Positions 22,326-29,866 of a stretch of 29,866 nt of DNA are shown one piece after another (the stretch's first letter is position 1; every line of letters begins with the position of its first letter). Under the pieces are notes generated by a model that was not told the origin of the DNA, made no database searches, and saw only the letters and a list, made by a program, of their open reading frames with translations. Made by a program: the position numbers and the translations under genes. Origin of the DNA: an uncultured Methanoregulaceae archaeon (lineage in GTDB: Archaea; Halobacteriota; Methanomicrobia; Methanomicrobiales; Methanospirillaceae); contig CAWJAX010000001.1 of assembly GCA_963841015.1 (NCBI GenBank), forward strand, positions 1-29,866. Direction: 5' to 3'.

Positions 22326-23096
22326 TCAATCGATATACCCAATAAAATCAATGACTCCAGAATACCCGCTTACCATATGCCATACTCGTTTCACATCCCA
22401 TGATTTCCAATCTATTAGCGTTCTTTCTTCCTCTTTCAACAATTTTCTAGCCCGTGGTGTTGGACTCTTTTTTGGTTGAGGAAATCGTGGTGCAGATCCT
22501 TTTTCAATCGCATCTACTGCGGTAAGCAGAAGTCTTGTCCCAATTTTATCAATCAGATGAATCCGGAGTTGCAGCAGTGGCATCCCAAGAGCAATGGGGG
22601 TTTTTTCTTGGAAGATAATATCTCCCGTATCCTCTCCCTCATCGATATAATGTACGGTAACACCCCCTGTCAGATCCATATTATAATACATCCAGAACTC
22701 GGGGGAGGGGCCACGATATAAAGGTAGATAGGATGGATGAAGGTTGATAGTTCCGTATTTAGGTATTGAAAAAATTGTTTTTTTAAGAAGGTGCCCCATG
22801 AGGTATACCACAATTAATTCAGGATTTCGAGATCGGATCCAATTTTCAAATGATGGATCCCCCTGGTCCTTTATGAAAAAATATGATATTTCATTTTTTT
22901 TGCAAAATTCATTAAGAGTTTGAAAATTTTTGTGTTTAAGTTTAATAAAGTATGAAAAAACAGTCAGCCTTACTTTGTGGAATAATGAGATTGGGATTTT
23001 AGGACCATCCTGTGCAATACCTACAAGGTGATGATGTGTTTGGAAAAGGGACACTACAACTGGCGACATTCTCTGAGTGATAAGAAGAATTCGCAT
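22326..23096 (-). CDS. Formyltransferase family protein (Fmt-like N-terminal fold; possibly a sugar N-formyltransferase)
   Basis: INLHPSYLPLYRGPSP and GGVTVHYIDEGEDTGDII catalytic motifs; visibly AT-rich. Confidence 0.85.
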   Translation of the reverse strand: MRILLITQRMSPVVVSLFQTHHHLVGIAQDGPKIPISLFHKVRLTVFSYFIKLKHKNFQTLNEFCKKNEISYFFIKDQGDPSFENWIRSRNPELIVVYLMGHLLKKTIFSIPKYGTINLHPSYLPLYRGPSPEFWMYYNMDLTGGVTVHYIDEGEDTGDIIFQEKTPIALGMPLLQLRIHLIDKIGTRLLLTAVDAIEKGSAPRFPQPKKSPTPRARKLLKEEERTLIDWKSWDVKRVWHMVSGYSGVIDFIGYID

Positions 23097-23143
23097 ACAT
23101 CCCTTCTATTTGAGTGATGATATATTTTTTTCCGAAGTTGAAG

Positions 23144-23173
23144 ATCCGGGAGTATAATTCCGGACACGGTGCA
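23144..23173. repeat. 30-bp direct repeat, right copy
   Basis: ATCCGGGAGTATAATTCCGGACACGGTGCA. Confidence 0.7.
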
Positions 23174-23696
23174 TATAAAAAATGTACGGTGTAGAGCCAT
23201 TTTAACTAGGAACTGATAAAGGAGAAAAACGATGAGAAAATCTAATCAGAATAGTGTTCCAAAATTCATATCGAAGAAGTGTTGCTGTTCAGGTACCGAA
23301 AACGCAGACACTCCAGGGACTTCGCCATTCCACTATGGCGCCCCGGTTGCAATGGCGTTGCATAACCCGGGATCAGGTATACCGGTACACACCGATCAAT
23401 CAGCATGCGTCCCCGCCCCCAAAGGGGGCAGGGCTGGCGCAAGGGGGTATAAGGCGGTTAAAAAACAAGAAATTAGTTACTGAAATGGAGCCTATTCCCT
23501 GAATCTAAAAAACCTGTGGTTTTCTGGTGCGAGCAACGACCGGAAGTTATTCTTTGTCCGACCCCGGTGAAAAAGAGAAGTCTGCACGGAATTTCAGCAC
23601 GAACAAAGGTATTTTGCAGAACTGTCTCCCAAAGACCCTCCAACATACTTACGAGGTATGATATCAGCGAGGTATCCTCCAGGACCCGGGGGACGT

Positions 23697-23852
23697 TTAT
23701 GGTTTCCCTGCTTTACGGATCTGGATACACTCCCCACCCTTCCACCGTTCGCATTTTAATTTGAGGCAGGGTGTCAGAGCCGGACTAAAATCTTTACCAT
23801 TAGTGATCCAGGTAACTATCGAATTTTTCTGTAAGCACCACTACGATTCCAT
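23697..23852 (-). pseudogene. Cys-rich microprotein paralog 3 with in-frame TAG at codon 4 (not in the ORF track)
   Basis: Translates as MES*WCLQKNSIVTWITNGKDFSPALTPCLKLKCERWKGGECIQIRKAGKP*; otherwise intact. Confidence 0.75.
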
Positions 23853-23966
23853 GACCCTGTGTTTGGGTGGATACCTGAAGAAAAGCAGAGGGAGTAGGGG
23901 GTGAAACTGAACTCTGCCCGCGGATTCCCGATCCGGTCAGGGAATTGCATATTGTTAAACCTGCGG

Positions 23967-25622
23967 TCACCCGGCTTTGCCAGGCAGCATCTGCCACTGG
24001 ATATCACCAACCTGATTTAATTTCACCACCCAGAGTGAAGATCCGCCCTGATTTGAGCCTACGTCACCGGTATTGTCAGAATTGGTGTTACCGGCAAGAA
24101 TGTATCCGCTATCCTTGCTTTGCCCTATGCTTCTTGCGGATTCAAAGCCATTTCCCCCCAGCACTTTCTGCCACTGCAGGTCTCCGGTAGGGCTGAGTTT
24201 CACCACCCAGATAGCAGATCCGCCATGGTTTGTGCCTACATCACCGGTATCGTCTGAAGTCGTGCTGCCGGTAAGAATATATCCATCATCCACGCTTTGT
24301 TCAATACTTCTTCCGGATTCAAAGCCATCTCCCCCCAGCACCTTCTGCCACTGGATAGCGCCTGCAGGGTTAAGGCTGACAACCCAGATATCAGATTCGC
24401 CATTATTTGAGCCCACATCACCGGAATTATCAGAATCTGTTGTACCGGTCAGAACACATGCCCCACCCGTTGTCCGTTGGATACTGAAACTTTCCTCACG
24501 ATCACTGCCTCCCAGCACCTTCTGCCACTGGATATCCCCTGCTGTGTTGAGTTTTACCACCCAGATATCAGATTTCCCATGATTTGAGCCTACATCACCG
24601 GAATTGTCAGAATCTGTTGTACCGGTAAGAGTATAGCCCCCGTCCGTCATTTGATCAATGCTTCTCCCGTATTCAGAGCCATCTCCTCCCAGCACCTTCT
24701 GCCACTGGATACCCCCGGCCGGATTGAGTTTTACCACCCAGATATCAGATCCGCCATGATTTGAGCCTACATCACCGGTATTGTCAGAATCGGTGCTGCC
24801 GATGAGAATATATCCATTATCCGTGGTTTGTCTGATGCTTCTCCCGGTTTCAAAGCCAGCTCCTCCCAGCACCTTCTGCCACTGGATACTCCCGGCCGGG
24901 TTGACTTTTACTACCCAGATATCAGATTCACCATGATTTGCACCCACGTCACCGGTATTGTCAGAATCGGTGCTGCCGATGAGAATATATCCGTCATCCG
25001 TGGTTTGCTGGATGCTGAAACTCTCATCACGATCACTGCCTCCCAGCACCTTCTCCCATTGGAAAATACCGGTCGGGTTGAGTTTAACCACCCACATGTC
25101 TTCTGCACCATGGCCATGACTGGCATCGGTGTTTATACTCCCGCTCACAATATATCCGCCATCGGTCGTTGGCCGGGTGCTTCTGTCCCACCCGGATTCG
25201 TCGTTCCCGCTTCCCGCAAGCCCGGTATCCCGGTCGGATTTCATTTCATATCCGGCACAGGTTCCGTCCATTCCGGGGATGCACGGTGTTGTAACAACTG
25301 AATTGGTTACCTCCGGTACGGGTGGATTTTTCAGGCATTGGAGTACCTTCTGGTCGTTTTGCATGCGCAACGTGTACAACTGGTCGCATCTGGTGGATCT
25401 GACCGGCGGGATTTCAGATCCTGCAGGTGCATAGCCACAATATACCAGTTCCCCGCATAAGGTATCGGTATCTGAAACGGGCAGAGTTGTCTGGACAACC
25501 GTGGGTGTTGCAGGCTGCACTATTGTCGGTGTTGCTGCAGGGGGCGCCGAAGGAGTTGTACATCCCCCGACCAGGACAAATCCGATACACCATACCATCA
25601 GGATCAGGAGGGGTAATCGCAT
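23967..25622 (-). CDS. Lipoprotein with seven ~59-aa repeats (probable 7-bladed beta-propeller)
   Basis: Lipobox LVGGC and a Thr/Pro linker, then repeats of DIWVVKLNPAGxIQWQKVLGG...TTDxGYILxGSTDSDNTGDVGxNHG with a 177-nt period. Confidence 0.88.
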   Translation of the reverse strand: MRLPLLILMVWCIGFVLVGGCTTPSAPPAATPTIVQPATPTVVQTTLPVSDTDTLCGELVYCGYAPAGSEIPPVRSTRCDQLYTLRMQNDQKVLQCLKNPPVPEVTNSVVTTPCIPGMDGTCAGYEMKSDRDTGLAGSGNDESGWDRSTRPTTDGGYIVSGSINTDASHGHGAEDMWVVKLNPTGIFQWEKVLGGSDRDESFSIQQTTDDGYILIGSTDSDNTGDVGANHGESDIWVVKVNPAGSIQWQKVLGGAGFETGRSIRQTTDNGYILIGSTDSDNTGDVGSNHGGSDIWVVKLNPAGGIQWQKVLGGDGSEYGRSIDQMTDGGYTLTGTTDSDNSGDVGSNHGKSDIWVVKLNTAGDIQWQKVLGGSDREESFSIQRTTGGACVLTGTTDSDNSGDVGSNNGESDIWVVSLNPAGAIQWQKVLGGDGFESGRSIEQSVDDGYILTGSTTSDDTGDVGTNHGGSAIWVVKLSPTGDLQWQKVLGGNGFESARSIGQSKDSGYILAGNTNSDNTGDVGSNQGGSSLWVVKLNQVGDIQWQMLPGKAG

Positions 25623-25706
25623 ACAGGAAAAATACTAGTCTGATATGATTAATGTTCCCAAGAAGGGGCTCTGGAGCAATGCTCAATGACAAGCTAAACA
25701 CTCGAA

Positions 25707-25815
25707 GGGGGTTTCACCCCCGCCGCTGTGGCTCCCCCGATGCGATAACTCCCGAACAGGTGCTATGTCATCATCGCTCAGCGCAGGGGCGGTATGGGGT
25801 GACAGGCTCATGTCC
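25707..25815. repeat. Structured intergenic repeat family copy
   Basis: GGGGGTTTCACCCCCGCCGCTGTGGCT..CCCC..TGCGATAACTCC...ATCGCTCAGCGCAGGGGCGGT; near-identical arms to 11880-12020 with a shorter, different centre. Confidence 0.85.
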
Positions 25816-25938
25816 AGTCCTTCATTCGTACCAGCCTCCTGAATTTCATATCAATGCAAAAGGAATTCTGCAGATTCAAAAAAAGAGCTCTTTTTTAACA
25901 ACACATGCATCGATTCGGTTCATATTTCATCAACACAT

Positions 25939-25958
25939 GCCATGCACGAATGCCTTGC
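25939..25958. promoter_or_regulatory. Candidate palindromic operator variant
   Basis: GCCATGC-ACGAAT-GCCTTGC followed by TTTATTATTTCACCAGAACAGGTAATC, matching the context of 3398-3450. Confidence 0.45.
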
Positions 25959-26137
25959 CAGCCTTTATTATTTCACCAGAACAGGTAATCAAATGAGGAA
26001 GATCCGAGCGAATCACAGTCTAATCCCATTGACTGGATCTTCCGAGTGTCGCGATTCGATCAAGGAAGATCCTGCATCATACTTTACTCCGGACCACAGA
26101 GAACAACATTCAAGGATCTTCCGCTATTGTATTTAAC

Positions 26138-26207
26138 GCTGCAGTGGCTTAGAGAGAGCAGCTGATTCGTAATCAGCAGGTCGGGGGTTCACATCCTTCC
26201 TGCAGCT
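26138..26207 (+). tRNA. tRNA-Thr (CGU), degenerate, probable pseudogene
   Basis: Acceptor GCTGCAG/CTGCAGC and anticodon arm GCTGA-TTCGTAA-TCAGC. The D-loop is only AGAGA (no GG), the T-loop is TTCACAT, and the T-stem has two G-U pairs; 70 nt. Confidence 0.75.
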
Positions 26208-26411
26208 TAGTATTCAATTTTTTACAACACCCCCTTATTTTGACGATGTTCTGAAGGAGTACATGGAGATTATCTGGAAATAACAGGTATATTTTCAAAC
26301 CTCCCTATTCGTATTCTGATGACTGATGCGTTAACAGTGGAGACTCAAATACAATTTCACAAAATTTATCGTTTCAAGATGATAGTATAAAAATAACCAG
26401 GTGATGAAAAA

Positions 26412-26597
26412 ATGTCTCTTGAAGCAAGTTTAGATCGATACCTTCAGGAACACAAAGGAGAGAGGGTCCATATCATACAACTCTCGAAACGATTTAAAAG
26501 CCTTCCGAATGCTATGATTCAAAAACTAATATTATTCCATTGGCGTCCTTGTGGCGGGGGGTATTTCATTCACGACTCAAAAAAGCTTTCAGAATGA
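26412..26597 (+). CDS. Small hypothetical protein (possibly winged-helix-like)
   Basis: 61 aa with an AGGTGA RBS and an AT-rich promoter upstream. The fold guess is weak. Confidence 0.5.
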   Translation: MSLEASLDRYLQEHKGERVHIIQLSKRFKSLPNAMIQKLILFHWRPCGGGYFIHDSKKLSE

Positions 26598-26967
26598 TTT
26601 GTTCATTCGCGTTCTGCTGGTAGCAGCATATAATCAAAGAGTTCTTTTGTCGAACCCGCAGCGGTTTGTGAATTTATTATACCTATGCCTTTAAACCCAT
26701 AGGTATGGTTCTGTTTAGGTTGGTCTCATGTAAAGAGTGCAATTATAAAACAGGAAACACCTGCTGGCTGTATGGCAAGATGACCCTGGGCCAGCAATTA
26801 AAAAAACGTGTGAGCGGTTGTGAAAACTATCGCCCTTGGTGGATGATGGACTCACTCCCTCCGTATCATTAAACCATCGTTCCCGGTCCTGGCGCTTATA
26901 TTCACGTTCTGTTGGCAGATACCTCCGTGGGGGCACTATCAATATCGCCAACGATGAAAAAAAAGCG

Positions 26968-27057
26968 TTATTTCTCCCTGGTTCTCTGGATGAGCAGCAC
27001 GGCTCCCAGGAATCCGATCATCATGGCCGCTGGCAAAAATGCTACCATGAACTCATA
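26968..27057 (-). pseudogene. Orphan PEF-CTERM tail
   Basis: Reads YEFMVAFLPAAMMIGFLGAVLLIQRTREK*, versus PEFPSAFLPAAMIIGFLGAVMLIQRTREH* in the gene ending at 19876. Confidence 0.75.
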
Positions 27058-27137
27058 GATACCATGAGGAAAGGCGCAAAGGAACTAATATTTTTTGTTT
27101 TTAAAAAAAAAAGAATGGTGGAAAATTCAACAACCCC

Positions 27138-27506
27138 TTACTTTTTTAATCCCAGTTCAATCGCGATTCTTAGGGACTCGTCATCAAAAGGTTTTTTGAT
27201 AAACCCATCAGGGTTGACTGCCTTGGCACGGGAAATGATTTCCCCCTCGGTATGGGATGAGACAAAAATGACGGGAATATTAAAATTCTTTTTTATCTGT
27301 CCGGCGGTCTCAATACCATCCATCGCTCCTTTGAGCGTGATATCCATAAGAACTATGTCAGGCTGCATCTGTGCCACACATTCTAAAGCTTCAGCCCCGG
27401 TCCCTGCTGAACCACAAATCTCATAGCCCAGCTTTGAAAGCCGCCATTTTTCAATACTGAGAATTACATTGTCATCTTCCACGACAAGGACTTTCGGAGC
27501 CGTCAT
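27138..27506 (-). CDS. Stand-alone response regulator receiver
   Basis: VLVVEDD, PDIVLMDITLKGAMDG, PVIFVSS and GFIKKPF. Confidence 0.93.
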   Translation of the reverse strand: MTAPKVLVVEDDNVILSIEKWRLSKLGYEICGSAGTGAEALECVAQMQPDIVLMDITLKGAMDGIETAGQIKKNFNIPVIFVSSHTEGEIISRAKAVNPDGFIKKPFDDESLRIAIELGLKK

Positions 27507-27908
27507 AGAATTCGTTTTCTTATAAAGATTTATATATGTTTCTTATTTTTATTCAAATGTCAATACTCTGTGATTACCCTGCACCAGTGGCTGTGATTTT
27601 GAAGGATCCGGCAATACCAAAAAAATAGTAAAATCTGGTCTAATCCTGTGCTGGCAGATATCCCCTCCCTGTGTATCGTGTTTGCGGGAATCTCTGTGAC
27701 GAGCGGAAAATCCCCCAAAATGTTCATGTTCTGCATTCAGGGTCTTATCGAACCTGTCATGTACCTCCTCCTTCCCCGATTACAGGGGAGACTCCCTATA
27801 AACATGCTACCGGTTTTATAGATATGTCGCATGTTTCCACGGAACACGAGGTCGTGTGCAGTGCAATGCCATCGGTTTATTGGTAAGAAAAACCAAGTAC
27901 CTGATGCT

Positions 27909-28595
27909 ATGAAGTGGAAAGACTGGGTGCATGTGACCAAACTCGATCCCGACAAACAGCTCAAGCCCGGTGATATCGATGCCATTGCTGCAAGTGGTAC
28001 CGATGCGCTGATGCTCTCGGGCACGCTCAACGTGACAAAAGAGAACCTTGCTGCACTCCAGAAACAGGTGAAAGCGTACGACCTTCCTCTCGTCATGGAA
28101 CCTGCAGGACCTGAAGCAGTGCTGATGCAGGGTATTGATTATGTTTTTGTTCCCAGCGTGATCAATTCCACTGATGTGCAATGGATCGTGGGCAAGCACC
28201 GTGCCTGGGTCCAGCTCCAGAAGGGAAAAATACCCTGGGAATCCATCGTTCCCGAAGCGTATATTGTCCTCAACCCGGACTCATCGGTCGGTAAACTGAC
28301 AAAAGCTCTCTGCGATCTGAGACCCGGTGAGGTTGCAGCCTATGCAACCATAGCTGACCATTACTTCCATTTCCCTATCGTCTACATCGAGTACAGCGGC
28401 ACGTATGGCGATCCTGACGTGGTGAAATCGGTTTCGGATGTGCTGGATACATCCCTTCTGTATTACGGAGGCGGGATCAACTCTGCAGAAAAGGCAGCGC
28501 AGATGTCAAAGTTTGCCGATACGATCGTTGTCGGCAATGCAGTTTACGACCAGGGTGCTGCGGTACTGAAAGCAACGGTAGACGCAATCCTGTAA
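27909..28595 (+). CDS. pcrB: Group I geranylgeranylglyceryl phosphate synthase (PcrB family)
   Basis: HVTKLDPDK, GTDALMLSG, PEAYIVLNPDS, YIEYSG, YGGGI and ADTIVVGN. Start taken at ATG 27909. Confidence 0.92.
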   Translation: MKWKDWVHVTKLDPDKQLKPGDIDAIAASGTDALMLSGTLNVTKENLAALQKQVKAYDLPLVMEPAGPEAVLMQGIDYVFVPSVINSTDVQWIVGKHRAWVQLQKGKIPWESIVPEAYIVLNPDSSVGKLTKALCDLRPGEVAAYATIADHYFHFPIVYIEYSGTYGDPDVVKSVSDVLDTSLLYYGGGINSAEKAAQMSKFADTIVVGNAVYDQGAAVLKATVDAIL

Positions 28596-28602
28596 TTTTT
28601 GT

Positions 28603-29364
28603 ATGCCCGAGATTGATATCGTGCTGGTGGCTCCCCTCTACGAGGGCAATGTGGGGTTTGCTGCACGCGTGATGAAGAATTTCGGGTTTACCCGCCTTGT
28701 CCTGATCGATCCCTGCACCCTTGGCAACGAAGCAGACGGGCGTGCTTCCCATGCGTATGATGTGCTGCATAATGCCGAGGTCTGTACTATCGAGGATGTG
28801 TTTGCCCGGAGCACCATCGTGATTGCCACGACCGGCCTGGTGAGCAAATCCGTCTGCCACTCGATGCGGATGCCGTTTTATTCCCCAAAAGAGCTCCGGG
28901 AACGGATAAAGGATGCAGACGGGCGGATCTCGATTCTGTTCGGGCGCGAGAACTGGGGGCTGAACAACGAGGAGGTGAAGCGCAGTGATATGATCTGCAC
29001 CATCCCGACATCTGCAGAGTACCCTATCCTCAACCTGTCGCATGCGGTCGGGGTGGTCTGCTATGAACTTTCAAATCTCCCCCTTCCCGGCATTGCACTC
29101 GCATCACCTCATGACATGAATCACCTGTACCGCCATATCGACCGGTACCTTGACACCATCCACCACCCCGCGTTCAAACGCGAGAATACGTTGATCCTTA
29201 TCCGGAGGGTTCTCGGGCGGGCACAGCTTACCATCCGCGAAGCGAGCACGCTGCACGGGTTACTCCGGAGGAGTGAGTGGCATATCGACCCAACGCTGCT
29301 GGACCGGAATACCCGGGAAAAAAACTGCATTCCGGAGAACGATACCCCGGAGAACAACGAATAA
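28603..29364 (+). CDS. trmJ: SPOUT RNA methyltransferase, TrmJ/LasT family
   Basis: GNVGFAARVMKNFG, LFGRENWGLNNEE and YPILNLSHAV. Confidence 0.9.
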   Translation: MPEIDIVLVAPLYEGNVGFAARVMKNFGFTRLVLIDPCTLGNEADGRASHAYDVLHNAEVCTIEDVFARSTIVIATTGLVSKSVCHSMRMPFYSPKELRERIKDADGRISILFGRENWGLNNEEVKRSDMICTIPTSAEYPILNLSHAVGVVCYELSNLPLPGIALASPHDMNHLYRHIDRYLDTIHHPAFKRENTLILIRRVLGRAQLTIREASTLHGLLRRSEWHIDPTLLDRNTREKNCIPENDTPENNE

Positions 29365-29866
29365 AAAACGATCTTCTCTCACGTTGAGTGAAGAGGGCTC
29401 CCTCAGGTGTGATGGGAATCGGACAAGGCCTGAAAACAATGGATTGGTGACTCCCCCCGGGTCTTTAACGCCTTGTCCGACTCCAGCACTCTCCAATGCA
29501 TAAAAAGGCAGGGGAGTCAGCCCTGCCTGCTGTGGTATGAGAAACCATTTGTAAGACTGTCCCGGGTAACATTATCAGAGCAGTAAACCCGGCCGGTACC
29601 CTGCATAGGGAACCGATACCGGGAATCCTGCAGGGTAATTCACGATCTCCTAAGGCACTCACCTCCCTGCTATAAAGTGCATTCATTCACGGGAGATAAT
29701 TAATTCATGCAAGGCGTGAATGCAAGGCATCTCCCTCCCTTATTTCAACAAAAAAGGATCGCCGAAAAAACTATCGGGAAAAACCCTGAAACGATCCCGA
29801 TTGCCCGGCACCAGACTCATGACCAGTACCCGTATTTTGTGTGAGCCTGCTCAATCGGGAGAATTT

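Noticed and set aside
23990-25180. 177-bp tandem DNA repeats as a non-coding array or DGR template/variable pair
   Set aside because: They are in-frame coding repeats of a propeller protein. No reverse transcriptase is present and I saw no adenine-specific variation.
504-25815. Structured repeats as a CRISPR array or integron attC sites
   Set aside because: They are dispersed, not tandem with regular spacers. There are no cas or integrase genes and no RYYYAAC/GTTRRRY boxes.
26836-27426. 196-aa plus-strand ORF
   Set aside because: It is antisense to the receiver gene and the orphan PEF tail, and has no protein-like features.
29506-29528. Hairpin GGCAGGG-N7-CCCTGCC downstream of trmJ
   Set aside because: A single occurrence, about 140 bp from the stop codon; it cannot be assigned as a terminator or as a member of the repeat family.

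Overview
Chromosomal window from a methanogenic archaeon, most likely Methanomicrobiales and Methanoregula-like. The evidence is PEF-CTERM sorting tails, a group I GGGP synthase, 'TRHDILN' PAS kinases and the asn-synthase/gatCAB/topA gene order. Two GC-rich housekeeping blocks (12180-19064 asnB-like/gatC/gatA/gatB/topA; 27909-29364 GGGP synthase/trmJ) sit among AT-richer accessory DNA. That DNA carries lipoprotein and PEF-CTERM cell-surface genes, a wHTH-5xPAS histidine kinase, two receivers, uppP, a formyltransferase, tRNA-Leu(UAA) and a degenerate tRNA-Thr(CGU). Many genes, including gatA, gatB and topA, contain single-base frameshifts, so most isolated frameshifts are probably assembly errors. 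Unannotated signals: (1) a dispersed, structured REPIN/MITE-like intergenic element family, including a ~245-bp direct repeat bracketing ~6.1 kb; (2) three paralogous 51-58 aa four-Cys microproteins with a shared upstream motif, one with an in-frame TAG; (3) a palindromic GCAAGGC-N6-GCATTGC operator candidate upstream of several cell-surface genes; (4) a formyltransferase cassette bounded by 30-bp direct repeats; (5) an orphan PEF-CTERM tail. All alignments were made by eye, so boundaries are approximate.
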